Origin: the human T2T-CHM13v2.0 reference genome, Homo sapiens
Strand: one strand, 5' to 3'
Assembly (NCBI RefSeq): GCF_009914755.1
Contig: NC_060926.1
Length of the DNA stretch: 64,000 nucleotides
In this document: in pieces, positions 1-13,505 of the stretch
Layout: every line of letters starts with the position of its first letter
How positions within the stretch are numbered: position 1 is the first letter of the stretch
Translations under genes and position numbers: made by a program
Notes under the pieces: generated by a model
Told to the model about the DNA's origin: nothing
The model's input: only the letters and a program-made list of their open reading frames with translations
Databases searched by the model: none

Positions 1-541
1 GTGCTAAATGAGTCAGTGAGTGAGTGCTGAGTGAACATGAAGGCCTGGGACATTACTGTACACTACCGTAGGCTTTATAAACACTCTACACTTAGGCTAC
101 ACTACATTTATAAAAATGTTTTTTCTTTTTTCAATAATAAACTAACTTTAGCTTACTGTAACTTATTTCCTTTATAAACTTTTAAATTTTAATGTAAAAA
201 TTTTAAAGTTAATTTAACTCTTTTGTAATGTATAATGTGTTTACTTAAAACACAAACACATCATACAGCTGTATAAAAATATTTTTCTTTATATCCTTAT
301 TCTATAAGCTATTTTCTTTTTCTTTCTTTCTTTTCTTTTTTTTTTTACTTTTGAAACTGTTTTGTTAAAAACGAAGACACACACACACACATTGGCCTAG
401 ACCTACGCAGGCTAGGCTTTGGGATTGTTAAGATGTCACTAGGTGATAGGAATTTCCCAGCTCCATTATAATCTTGTGAGACCCCCATCATATATATGGT
501 CTCTCATTGACCAGAACATCCTCATGCTGTGCATGACTGTA
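1..541. mobile_element. Tigger3/MER7-like TcMar DNA transposon fragment (runs off window start)
   Basis: Internal 'GGACATTACTGTACACTAC...CACTTAGGCTACACT' and terminal '...CTCCATTATAATCTT...GCATGACTGTA' resemble the recalled Tigger3/MER7 end with a TA target. Confidence 0.7.
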
Positions 542-639
542 CACTTTTGACTTATGGTCTGTATTTGCACAAGCCTGAGAGTCTGTGCCGCCTAAAATTT
601 TCTGCCCTTGTGCTTCTCATGCCTCATCCTAGTTCTGGC

Positions 640-1690
640 TCTGGTTTATATGTCCTTACCTGTTAATTCTAACATCTGCATCAGCTTTGGGTCAGTTTTG
701 AGTGACTGGTTGAAGTATTCATTGTCACTTCTATTTTCTTGTTTCCTTGTGCACCTGCTGATTTTTAATTGATGCTAGATATTGTGAGTTTTACATTGTT
801 AGGTGCTGGATATTTTTGTACTCCTACACATAGTCTTGAGCTTTGTTTGGGGACACAATTAAGTACTTGGAAACAGTTTGATCCTTTTGGGCCTTGCCTT
901 TGAGATTTGTTAGGAGCATTGCTCTTTTTTTTTTTTTTTTTTTTTTTTTTGACGGAGCCTCCCTCTTTCACCCAGGCCGGACTGCAGTGGCGCTATCTCG
1001 GCTCACTGCAAGCTCCGCCTCCCGGGTTCACGCCATTCTCCTGCCTCAGCCTCCTGAGTAGATGGGACTACGGGTGCCCGCCACCGTGCCCTGCTAATTT
1101 TTTGTATTTTTTTTTTTTAGTAGAGACGGGGTTTCACCGTGTTAGCCAGGGTGGTCTCGATCTCCTGACCTCATGATCTGCCCGCCTGGGCTTCCCAAAG
1201 TGCCGGGATTACAGGCATGAGCCGCCGCGCCTGGCACGTTGCTTATTTTAAGCCTAGTGTTTCCCATTGCTAAGGCCCCACGAGTCTTGTGGTTTTCAGT
1301 ATGGTTGGTGGGCCCAGGCACTATTCCCAGCCTTGTTACCTTGTTGATGGGAACTGTTACCTCTGATTCTTCAGAGTGGTACTTTCCCTGGCCTCTAGTA
1401 TTTTCCTCTGAAGCGTGCACTGATCAGTTCTCAGCTGAAGACTTGCAGCAGGTCCTCTTTGAGGAGTTTTCTTCCTAAGCAGCTCTCTCCCTCTCAGCAC
1501 TCTGTTCTGTGGACTCTGGAGGCCTTAGATGTCTTGGGCTCTCAGCTCCATCTCTGCAACAGGGAGTCTGCCAGGCTCCTCCTGAATTTACTGTCCCTGG
1601 GTTTTGGCCTGGAAACCCTCAGGACAACAAACGGGGGCAATTTGAGGGCTCACGTCATTTCCCCCATCTTTCAGGGATCATGATCCTTTG
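640..1690 (-). mobile_element. Old L1M (L1MC/ME-like) fragment interrupted by an AluY
   Basis: Degenerate T-rich L1-like sequence on both sides of the Alu ('GATATTGTGAGTTTTACATTGTT...TTGGAAACAGTTTGATCCTTT'). Confidence 0.45.
926..1235 (-). mobile_element. AluY (AluYk4-like)
   Basis: Poly-T followed by a full antisense Alu with AluY diagnostics (GCAAGCTCC, CACGCCATT). The sense strand reads GAGATAGCGCCACTGCAGTCCGGCCTGGGTGAAAGAG. Confidence 0.93.
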
Positions 1691-1694
1691 TTAC

Positions 1695-2469
<775 letters not shown>

Positions 2470-3089
2470 ACAGTTTTAATTGTTGTTTTGTTTTGGGAGA
2501 AAGGGTAAAACAGTCCTTATTATCTAATCTTGGCATTAACAGAGGTCCCTGTTCTGCCCATTTTAAAGCCTGGTTTTAAGCATACACACAACTTATGGGA
2601 CCTTCCTGAGAAATTCAAACTCTCATTCTCTTCAGTTTGTCTCAGCAGAAATATACTTTCATCTTCAAAAGCCCTTTAAACTCTTAATTTGTTCCTTGGA
2701 AGTCAGAGCATCATTCTTCCATTGAGATTTCAAATTTTCTTTTACCTTTAGTGCAATTAATTTGTCAATGAGTCATTACAAATTTCAACTAGTGGTTTCA
2801 CCACACACCAATAAAAAGTATCACTTTGGTAAATGTTATACTTACAAACCGTAAGTACATTTAACTACTCACTTCTGGCACACACACACACACAATGCAT
2901 CATATTTATATCTGTTGAAGAAGCGAATGAAAAGTACATTGAATTTTGAATAAGACAGAAGTGGCTTTCTTGAATCCAGCCCTGTAAATCAAGCTTCTCT
3001 TTCCTCTCAGTCCCTACTTTGTAACCATTAAGTGAGATATGTGAAGTGTAGGAACATTTAGCAGGTGTTGACAGCCCTCCTCTCCCTTC

Positions 3090-3550
3090 TGCCTAGGTGG
3101 AGACTAAAGTGACTCTGTCTCAGGAGCTAAGCTGCCATGTTGACTTCTGATTAACTCTAATTCTGAGAATGCCTCTAAGATTTCCAGTTTGCCTATCATT
3201 CCTTGTAATAGCGCATGTGTACTTACTGTAAACGCTGCCCTTAGGCCAAAGCAACCTTGATGTTATTATGGAAATTACTGGCTATGATGTACATAGCATT
3301 CTTGTCTTTTCCTGGAAGGTCAACCTAATAGAGCCCGTAAGCCCTTTTCCTATGGTACAGAAATCCTTGGCCTGGGGTGGGTGACAGCACGGGGATCTAA
3401 CTGTTTTGCGGCTGCCCAAGACCACGCTTCTGTCCATAAGTTCCCCAATAAATCATCCTCTACCGGCAAACTGGATTCGTTTGTCCGTACTTTGGTTTTC
3501 GCGCTCCTTCTGCATTTGAGGGTGAATTTGCATAGAGGACCCTTTCTCGA
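3090..3550 (+). mobile_element. ERV1-class solo LTR (MER4-group, subfamily uncertain)
   Basis: LTR-like organisation with 'GCTGCCCAAGACCACGCTTCTGTCCATAAGTTCCCCAATAAA' poly-A region. Boundaries approximate. Confidence 0.55.
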
Positions 3551-4112
3551 AACATTCCCCATCCTTACTGGAAGCTACTCCTTTCTCTTATTTTATGTAA
3601 TTTCTTTTCACTGAAATAAGTAAGCCACAAACAATGGGAAATCTGTTTTTTCCCCCTGAAATACACTGAAATCCCTTGGTGGATGCGCATTGGGTAGATA
3701 GATGAACAACATCTTGTAGTCAGTATTTGGGGCAGCATTTCACCATGTGGAGTTGTTTTGCTTCAGGGAACACACTTCCCCCAGTGGTGGATCTGCCTCC
3801 TCAGCGCATTACAGAGTCACAGCTACTCAAGATCTTGAGGGAATCAGGGGATGGAGCAGCCCTAGCCCCCTGCTGGAGGGAGGGGTGAGTGGGCACAGCC
3901 TGGGGAGGGAAAGTGGCTTGACTGGGGTTCTGGGCTGGTGGGGTGAGGCTGGATTTCAGGCTTGTCTTTCCTAGTCCTTGACTCAGTACTTGCTCTTACA
4001 CTGTGACGAGTTCTGCCCTTGCGGAGATGCTACGCACAACTGATGAGGAATTCTCAGAATCGTTTGGGGCCCATCTGGACTGTGACTCAAGCATACCCTT
4101 TGGAAAGCCTGG

Positions 4113-4482
4113 TGTTATGGACTGCATATGTGTCCCCCCAAAATGTGTAAGCCTTAATCCCCAATGCAAGGGTCTTTGCAGGTGGGGTCTTTGGGAGGTA
4201 ATTAGGTCATGAGGGTGGAGTCCTCATGAATGAGATTAGCGTCCTCATGAGACGAGGCGTGAGTGAGATCATCTCTTTCTCTCCCTCTCCCTTTTGCTCC
4301 CTCTCACTACCATGTGGGGCCACAACAAGAAGTCAGCAGTCTAAAAGCTGAAAAGAGGACCCTCTCTAGGAACAGGATCTACCAGCATCTTGACGGTGGG
4401 CTTCCAGCCTCCAGAACTGTGCGAAATCAACCTCTGCTGTTTAAGCCTCCCAGGCTCTGGTGTTTCGTGAACTGACTAAGAC
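4113..4482 (+). mobile_element. MLT1A-type MaLR solo LTR
   Basis: 'TGTTATGGACTG...GGGAGGTAATTAGGTCATGAGGGTGGAG...CTTCCAGCCTCCAGAACTGTG...GACTAAGAC'. Confidence 0.85.
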
Positions 4483-4577
4483 CTAGTAAAAAGTTGGGGT
4501 GCGATGCAATGAGCAGAGTCCTTGCCTTGGCCAGCCTGGCTCCCACCAGGCCAGGCAGGCATCCACACTTCCACCCA

Positions 4578-4800
4578 TTCATCCTTACAGAGGGACTGTT
4601 TATCTCAGTAGCCTCAGTGTTCTAGGCCCTGGGGATGCGGCAGTGACCAAAACAGACAAAACTCCCAGCCCTCAGGGAGATGAGCGCCATTAGAGGAAGA
4701 CAGGACGGTAGGAAAACTCAATGTCCTCGTTGTGTTGGTAACAGAAGGTGGTGAGTGTAGTGGGGAAAAATGCAGCAGAGAAGTCTGGGAATGTAGTGGG
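4578..4800 (-). mobile_element. L2 3' fragment
   Basis: 'TGTTCTAGGCCCTGGGGATGCGGCAGTGACCAAAACAGACAAAACTCCCAGCCCTCAGGGAG' resembles the antisense L2 end. Confidence 0.6.
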
Positions 4801-6986
4801 GCCCCGGGCCCTCACTGACTTGGATCCTACCTCTCCCTGGCTCGGGCCTCCTTGGTTACCGCATGGTCTGTCCCTTATGCATGGGAGCCTTTTCTGGCAT
4901 GTAATCCCTGCACAGGGATGTTCAAGATGGTGTTCTGGGAAAAGGGTGAGCAGACAGTGGCAATGACAGGAAGGGAAGAGTTTCTGGGGCTGTCTCATCA
5001 GTGCTGCTGGGCACAGACGGAGAGTTGGGAGGACAGGGGGTCAGTGCTGGGCTTCCTCACAGGAGAATGTCCTGGAGGGTGTCACTCACAGACTCCTCAG
5101 CCTTCAGGAAAGGTCCTCCTGCCTGGGCTCCTCTGCATGCATCAGATGGAAGGAATCCCTTTCTCTGGCAGGTGCAGGCTCAGAGGCACAAGCTGGGGCT
5201 TGGGCTCTGTGGCTGGCTGGTGGTGGTCCTGCATCGCGCCCCTGCCACGGGGCAGTGATGCTGAGTCCTCCCTGCTCCTCAGGGTTTCCTGGAAAGCTGC
5301 AACCTCGTTGCAACAAAGGCTGGATGCCAGTTTCACCCACCACTAACTTTGTCACCTCCATCCTCAATTATCTACCAACAGGAAATCCTGCCTTCCTCCC
5401 CTGTTGCTGGGGCCTGGCACGAGGTGGTCCATTCTCTGGCTCACTCATTCTGTAGGGGCTGAGCATCTCTGATGTGCCATCTCTGAGCAGGCAAGCTTCT
5501 GCACTGCATGTGCCAGGCATGCTGGAGCCTGTGGGCTGTGGCCTGCCATCCTCATTTGCACTGGAGAGATGAGTGGGAGGGGTAGGGGCTCTGGGAGGGC
5601 ACCAAGGGGAGGTGGCTCAAGAGTCCCTGCAAATCAGATAGGCTTCAGATGGGAAAAGGAGGACAGAAGCCATTCTAGGCAGGGGCTGCCCCGTGAGTGC
5701 TTGAAGAGTGGAGGCACCACAGGGAGAGGTACAGAGACCTGTGGCCACAGCGGACGCTGGATGTGGCTGCAGAGATGCTGGTGGGCCAGGCCATGCAGGC
5801 TGATGGGAGGAGAGAAGAGAGTTCTTTCCAGGACAGCTGGGGATATCTCTTCATTATTCTTTTGCTCAAAATAGAATTATCTTTTGAAATCAGATTTGAC
5901 AGGCAGCCTAGGCACTTTGCCTGCGCTGTCTGGAGGAACTGGCTTTCTCGCCTACAGATACTTTTTTCCCTTCCAAAGGAAGAAGGAGTAGCATTCTGCT
6001 GGTTTTAGAGAAAGTGGGAGTGAGGAGGGAGAAGTGCAAGCCATGGATTTAGAAGGGTGAGGCAGGGCAGAGTGCAGTGGAGGAGGCTGGAGTGAAAGCC
6101 AAGTGTGGCCTGAAGCCAGTGCAATTCCCCGTTAGAAACGCAGAACCCATATTGCTGGTGGGTGGGCTAGGGGCTCACTTCCATAACAGTGGGCACTGTG
6201 CTCACAGCACCCTGCCTCTGGGACCTCCCCCGGGCAGGTGAGCGGGACATGCAGGGTTGGTGGCCCCCTAGGAGTCTCTGGGATGCAGTCCCACAGAGTA
6301 GGGCCCTGGCTGACAAGACGGTCTGGCCCAAGCCCCTGATTCTCAGCAGGAACAGGCATCTGCTGCTGTGAACTCTGGGAGAAGAAAGAAAAGTGGGGTG
6401 AAAGGAGGAGATGTGGGGGTGGGGGGCCAGGGGGAGCAAGGGAATGAGGGGTACTCAGAGATAACAAGAGAGGGGCCAAGAAGCCAGAGAGCAGGGCCAG
6501 GACCTGGCTCGGCCACTGCCACCCTTTGTTTCCCCACCTGGAAGAGTGGGTTGTGCAGACCCTTTCTGCCTGGCTTGGGTAGTTGTCAGAGCTAGGGGCG
6601 GGCCCCGTGCTGCATGGCGCCCTCTGCAGCTCTCTGTCCCTCTGCCTTCCTTTAAGCCACCTGTCCCTGTCTGCTCTACCCCCTGGGCTGGGTCTCATTG
6701 CATCTGCTCTACCCCCAATTTTCCCTTGTACCTGTCTCAAGACCTGGCCCACAGTGCACACATAATACCTGTGCAGTGAATGGTTGAATGGATCAACAGG
6801 ACTGAAAAATCTTTGGGGAAACCTTTAACAAAAGGCAGGAAGAGGATTCTTTTCAAACACGGAGAATTGAACATTGGCACGTCCTGTCTCCTGTCAAAAT
6901 GTCATTTAAGTAACAGTACAGGAGTTAAAAAGGTATAAACTCAGAAGCACAAAGAGAGCAGGAAGGACACATATTAGACAAGAGAA

Positions 6987-7505
6987 TATACCCAAAGGAA
7001 TGTAAATCATTCTACCATAAAGACACACGGATGTATACGTTCATTGCAGCACTATTCACAATAGCAAAGACATGAAATCAACCTAAATGCCCATCAACTG
7101 CAGACTGGATAAAGAAAATGTAGTACATATACACCACGGAATACTACACAGCCGTAAGAAAGAGCAAGATCTTGTCCTTTGTGGAAACAATGAATTTAGA
7201 GGCCATTGTTCTGAGTGAACTAATGGAGGACCAGAACACCAAACACTGCATGTTCACATTTATAAGTCGGAGCTAAACATTGACATTGAGTAGATACAGA
7301 CACAAAGAAGAGGCCAGTGGACAATGGGGCCTGCTTCTTGGGTGGAGAATGGGAGGAGGGTGAGAATTGAAAAACCACCTATTGAGTACTATGCTTATTA
7401 CTTGGGTGATGAAATAACCTGCACAGCAACCCCCCACGACACACTATTTACCCATATAACCAACCCACGCATGTACCCCTGAACCTACAATATAAGTTAA
7501 AAAAA
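6987..7505 (+). mobile_element. L1 3' end (L1PA15/16-like), 5'-truncated
   Basis: 'TATACCCAAAGGAA...GCAGCACTATTCACAATAGCAAAGACATG...CATGTACCCCTGAACCTA...' ending in an A-tail. Confidence 0.9.
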
Positions 7506-8379
7506 GTTCAGAAAATGTTGAAAACCTGAAAGTGGAAGATAAATAGTAAACGACTTTGCAAACCTGAGAAAGCTGAAAGCTAATAATCTATGAATTGATA
7601 CAAAATCCAGAAAGACTCAAGAATTGAACATGCCAGGTCCCAGAGGAGAGGGATTGGGGCGGGCCTGGAAACTGGAGAAGTGGACAATAGCTTTCAAGGA
7701 AAATCCACTCAGATTCAAGCCCTGAAAATGAACCTGGCCTGACTGGCTCCGTAGCCTGTGTTTGTGCCTCTCCTACCCACAGGGACAGGCTGGGATTTCT
7801 GAGCCCTGTGCAGGCTCAGGAGGAAAGGCAGATTCTGGGGAAGAAGCCCCCAGCAACAGGAGCAATCCCAGCTGCAGAGCCAGGCTCCTGTCGTCAGGCC
7901 TGGCCCATGTCCTGCCAGTCAGCGCATGGCTGGAGGACCGCACAACTAGCTGTGACGGTGGCTGCCTTCTTTCCATTTCTACTCCAGCAAGCTGGCCCCA
8001 GGAACAGCTGCGTGGGAGGTAAATGGAAACTTTGAGGAGAAAGCCCAGTGGTCACCCAGGGCTGGCGATGCTCCTGCCTTTAAGGTGTCCTGGGCACCCG
8101 AGCAGCTGTGGGCTACGGCTTATACTTTCCCTAACTGCGGGTGGCTTTATTGGAATGTGAGACACAGGCCATTAACCTTTTACCCCAGTCATGCAGCTAA
8201 TCACCAGAGCATTTCACCACCTCAGCCGTGGCTGCAAAACACTAAGCTGATTATGGGAAAGTGCAGAACACGAATGCTCTTGTGGAATTTTCAGTAGAGA
8301 TAAGCATTTGCTGAGATTGAATGTGATGTGAACTCAGCGCCCTCTCCATCTTACTGTGACCTGAAGCCCAATGAGCCGG

Positions 8380-8413
8380 TCCCTGGGTGGACCCTGTCCC
8401 TGGGTGGACCCTG
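8380..8413. repeat. 17-bp perfect tandem duplication
   Basis: TCCCTGGGTGGACCCTG x2. Confidence 0.9.
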
Positions 8414-11289
8414 CCCCTCAGTGGCCCCTTCCAGGAAGGCCTTTGGTCTTCATGCACTCAGTCAGCTGTGGCTGGTACCTGTCCTCCTCAGGCATCATCT
8501 CAGGTAAGACAAGGTGTGGGACCTGGGGCTGGCAGAAACAAGAACCCCTGGTGCTGGAATGGCCGGCGGTGAAGGTTCTCCAGAGCTTATCCCACTGCGG
8601 CAGCTCAGAAAGATGAAGCAGCTCTCCCGTTGTGTCCTCCCAGCACACAAACCTGCTGTCAGTGACTCCAAGGCCCAGGAGGAGCTCCAAAAACCACACA
8701 CTGGAGAAGATCTGTCATGGCCAAGTCCCACAGGGACTCCGGGCTGACAACCAGACCTGGCCCTGGGTTCTGACAGGGGCTTTTGGCATGCCCCATGGGA
8801 CCCCCACAGAAGACCGTAGGACCTGACAGCAACTCCACATTTCCAGAAGGAAGAAAACAGGATCTTGGGTGTTGGTGGTGGGTCCCAGGAATCTCCTCTC
8901 AGTGAAGCCATTTCGTTCTTCCAGGGGCTGAGATCCAAACCCAGAGCCTTTTGGCCTTCCTCTTCCCTCACTCCCCATCAGCATACACAGCCAGGACTGG
9001 GCCTCTGCTCCCTCTGGCCTTCCCCACTCACCCCTGGGCCAACCGTCCGCTTCTCGCCTGGATGACTTTGGGGCCTCCCACCTGTCAGATTATACCTGTT
9101 ACACCTGAGTCACATCAGTCCCACCTGTGCTCAAACTCCCCACGGCCCCCAGCCCTCCTTTTTTAGCCTTTTCCTGCTTGTTTTCCCCATTGCACTTGTT
9201 CGTAGCTGGCCTGGCTTGTATTTCCCGGTTCATTTGCATTTTGAGTCCACCCCACTGCAAGGTGAACATGTGAACAGCATTTTGTTTGCTTTGTCAACAG
9301 CTATATCCTCAGTGCCTACAGTGTCCCCAGCAGGGAGCTCTGCTGAGCATGTTGATGCAGCGACACAGCCAGAGCTCCAGGCAGAGACCCCATGGGTGGT
9401 GGTGTGCACTCGGCGGCACCTGTGAGGTCACCTATGATGGCAGCCATGCAGTCCAGACCGTGGGAGCTCCACGGCCCAGCCCCGCACACAGCCAGTAATG
9501 GCAGCCCTAGCTCCTTACCACCCACCATGCACCTTTTAGATTCAAGCATGGGCTCAGGTTCCTTGGCCTCAATGTTCTCATCTATTAAATGGGATGATGA
9601 CACACCTTCCTCAGTAATAGTAATGCAGATGGACAGATCTCCAAATTGGATGGGACAGCGGGACCAGCACACCTCTGACCCCAAGTGTCACTGCCCTGTG
9701 GGGTTTCTCTTTTGGATCCTGCGTGTGCACTTCCCTGAGCCCTGGACCGCTTAGTGCTCTGGTTCACAAGTATCCCCGATGTCTCCATTCCTGAATTCGG
9801 CGGAGGCAGGGTGGGATGTGCAAAATCAGCTTCCTGCAGGCACTTCTCTGACCTCATATGACCTTCCCAGCACAGCTGTTGGGAAAGTAAGAGTGCAAAG
9901 GGCTGGCATCTCCGTCTTGTGCCCCGTGAGGCCGCTTGGTCTTTCCCACTTTCGACCTTCAGAGGACCAGGGAACAGCTGGTGTCAGGGGACTCCTCCCT
10001 CAGCCCTTGGCATGCTGAGGGGCTGGGATACAAGCCCGCACTGCCCTCCTGGGAGCTGGGCTGCCTTCTTTTCCCTACTGATGGTGAGGCAGAGCTGCAG
10101 CTGCTTTTCAGGAGACCACTCAGGGCATGTAGGCATCTGACCTTTCCTGCAGTGACTTCCTTCCCATCACTCAGCAGCACTTGCAGGCTGCCCTGTCTCG
10201 GAGAGGAGGAAATGAAGGTGGAGAGCTCTGAGGCCTGAGCCTCTGCTGACACAGCCTGGCAGGAAGAATCTGGAGGGTTTGCAGCATGGGTACTTGCCCG
10301 GGAAGGGCCCGGCAGGCTCCACCTCCTTGGTCACCTATGGGCAGGACCACTAGGGACCCTCCTTACGGTGCGGCACCACTGGGTGGTGGGACACCTTACA
10401 CCCCGACAAAGTGAGTGTGACTGGGACGGCCTTCTCTAAGAGGGGCTGTCGCCTTTTCACCCATGTTGGAAGAGACCCCCTGCTCTGTTCTTGGGACAAA
10501 TGCAGCCCTGTTCTCTGAGCTTGATGGCCTGGGTTTTGTGCAGGCTGCACTGGGATCATGCAGCTGTGACAAGAGGGACCTTTTAGCTCCCTGGTCCAGA
10601 GTCAGAGGGTCCTGACTGGAATGCCGCTGGACGGGGCAGCCACTGGGTGATGCAGGCAGACAGGCCCTTCCTGTGCCAGTGGTTAAATGTCCTTCTATGG
10701 TCAGCCCCGACCCATGGACTCTGCTCCTATAGCCTGCCCAGGAGCAGGCTTCTGAGGATTCAAAGCATCCCAGACGCATTTATTCTAGAAAGGGTGGAGA
10801 AGAGCTAAAGGGGCAGGTCTGGGGTAGGGTGGGCCCAGGCCAGGGAGCCCTGAGCAGCCCCAAGGAATCAGGAGGCAGGGAGGGCGTGGAACTGGGCTCC
10901 AGACCAGGCTTGTCAGGGCTCGGCTCCCAGGGCGCCTTCTCCAGCCTTGCAACCTGCTGCTATGGTGCTCCTGCTCCAGTTCCTTTGACAACCACTTATT
11001 GACCTCCCACTGGGCCCTAGGTGAGCCTAGTCATTGAGGGAGATGGAGCCGGGGTCGTGCTATGCAGGGGAGGCTGTGCTGGAAGATGCAGTGGCAGGTC
11101 TCAGCCCAGCCTCAGGGAGCTCCAGTGGAAGCAGGTCAAGGAGGCCTCCTGGAGACACTGACCCTGGCCAGCCCAGAGCGCCGGCAGCAGTGGTGCAGGC
11201 CCAGGAGAGGAGGCAGGGTGAGGCCCAGAAGTGCAACCTGTGTGTGTGTCAGCAATGTTGGGCAACAAGGTAGGGCGGCGTGGAGTTGG

Positions 11290-11460
11290 GAGATGAGACA
11301 CGTTGCACAGGGGCCTGGGTAGTGTGTTAAAGAGCTTAAACTTTCTCTTGCAGATGGGGGGCAGAGAGGAACTTCAAGCTGGGGAGTGATATGGTCAGAT
11401 TTGGATTTGACAACTGAAGGAGTGTGGATTGCAGGGAGGTTGGCTGGAGGCATGGAAACT
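11290..11460 (-). mobile_element. L2 fragment
   Basis: 'AAGCTGGGGAGTGATATGGTCAGATTTGGATTT' is an L2-like signature. Confidence 0.5.
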
Positions 11461-12154
11461 GAGAAGGAGATGGGGCAGCCAGCTTAGCAAAGTGAACAGT
11501 GGCCCAGCAATGGGGAGGGAGTAACCAGGGGGGTGGAGAGCTACTTGGGAGGCACTCAGGGCTGGGGTGTTGTCCTTGATTATACATGGAGGACAGGCCA
11601 AAGGGAGTAGTCCTTTGCAGCAGCTGTGGGAATAGAGGACATTAGAAGCCACCTAGCTGAGCCATCCTGAAGGAGTCTTCCCTCAGTGGAGCCCAGGATA
11701 GCCACGTCGGGTGGCCAGAGGCTCTGGGGCCTGCCGGCTTAGAGCATCCTTGAGCTATAAGCCTGGAAGGCAAAGTGCTTAAATATTTATTGCAAACAGA
11801 AATTGATGTTGGAGAACTAAATTTTCAAAAAGGAAGTTGAAAGGAAAGGGAGGGTGGGAACTCTGAATCCCAATTTGTAGCATGCGGCCTCTGCATATTT
11901 CATTAACTCCTCAGAGTGTGGCAGCCCAGATGTTCAGGATGTGAGGAGGTTCTGCTATTCACACTCCAGTGCTCTGCCCCTGCAGCAGCTCATTATTCTG
12001 GGGTTGTGTGAGGAAGGTCAGATGAAAGGATGCTCGAAAAAGGAAGAGTGAATAAAATTGTGATGGACAGGGGAGGACTTGTGTCAAGGTGCTGAAGGAA
12101 TAATAAGAATGAGAAGCGAGTTTAGAATTGAAATGAAAACCAGGAAAAGGCAGC

Positions 12155-12250
12155 AGGGTGTTTAGAAAGAGCACTGACTTTGAATTAAGCCAGACCTCAT
12201 CCATTTACCAGCTCTGAGAACTTGAGGAAATTTCTTGATATCTCTGGATT
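12155..12250 (+). mobile_element. MIR fragment
   Basis: 'AGAAAGAGCACTGACTTTGAATTAAGCCAGACCT...ATTTACCAGCTCTGAGAACTTGAGGAAATTTCTTGATATCTCTG'. Confidence 0.6.
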
Positions 12251-12260
12251 TTACAAGGTA

Positions 12261-13347
12261 CACCATCATCACCATCAACACTACCACCACTATCATTATC
12301 ACCACCTTTATAATCACTATCATTACCATCATCCCATCATCATCACCATCATCACATCACCATCACCATCACTGTCATTATTACCATCTCCATAATCATT
12401 ATCATCACCACCATTGCTATCATCACCATCACCATCACTGTCATTATCATCATCTCCATTATCATTATCATCACGACCATCACTATCACCACCATCACCA
12501 TCACTGTCATTATCACCATCTCCATAATTGTTATCACCACCATCACTATCATCACCATCACCATCACTGTCATTATCACCATCTCCATAATCATTATCAT
12601 CACCACCATCACTATCATCACCATCACCATCACTGTCATTATCACCATCTCCATAATCATTATCATCACCACCATCACTATCATCACAATCACCATCACT
12701 GTCATTATCATCTCCATAATCATTATCATCACCACCATCACTATCATCACCATCACCATCACTGTCATTATCACCATCTCCATAATCGTTATCATCACGA
12801 CCATCACTATCATCACAATCACCATCACTGTCATTATCATCTCCATAATCATTATCATCACCACCATCACTATCATCACCATCACCATCACTGTCATTAT
12901 CACCATCTCCATAAGCATGGTCATCACCATCATCATCACCATCACTATTATTGTCACCATCACCATCACTATTATCATCACCATTATCACATCACCATCA
13001 TCATCACTATAACCACCATCACCATCACTGTCATTATCACCATCTCCATAATTGTTATCACCATCATCACATCATCATCACCATCACTATCACCACCATC
13101 ACCATCAGTGTCATTATCATCATCTCCATAATCATTATTGTCACCATGTTCACATCATCACATCATCATCACCATCACTATCACCATCACTATCGTTATC
13201 GCCATCTCCGTAATTATTATCATCACCATCATCGTTCCCATCACCTATCATTACCTCATTACATCATCATCATTATCATAATGCTCATCACCTCATCATC
13301 ACCCTGATCATTGTTGTCACTATCATCATTATTATCATTTTCATCAT
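12261..13347. repeat. (CAT/CAC)n low-complexity array with a 63-66 bp higher-order VNTR core
   Basis: Anchor ACTGTCATTA recurs at 12371, 12437, 12503, 12566, 12632, 12698, 12761, 12827 and 12890, with degenerate copies beyond. Confidence 0.95.
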
Positions 13348-13352
13348 GTTGA

Positions 13353-13505
13353 AAACTTACTATGTGCCTGACATATGAATCAATCTATTCCTCAAAACAA
13401 CTGTGTCATTATAGACTATTATCATGCCCATTTCACAGTTGAGGAAACTGACGCATAACAAATTAGGCCCAAGTTGACCAAGAGCCAGTAAATGGCAGAG
13501 TGCTT
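13353..13505 (-). mobile_element. MIR fragment
   Basis: 'ACTTACTATGTGCCTGAC...TATTATCATGCCCATTTCACAGTTGAGGAAACTGA...AGCCAGTAAATGGCAGAG'. Confidence 0.75.

Noticed and set aside
8380-8413. 17-bp tandem duplication, and a similar 12-bp duplication at about 53643-53667, as regulatory signals
   Set aside because: Two-copy slippage duplications are common, and there is no further support.
12235-13131. 298-aa His-rich ORF and antisense 212-aa Met/Val/Ile ORF as genes
   Set aside because: They are by-products of a stop-poor triplet repeat. The + ORF begins at TTG within a MIR, and there is no supporting promoter or exon structure.
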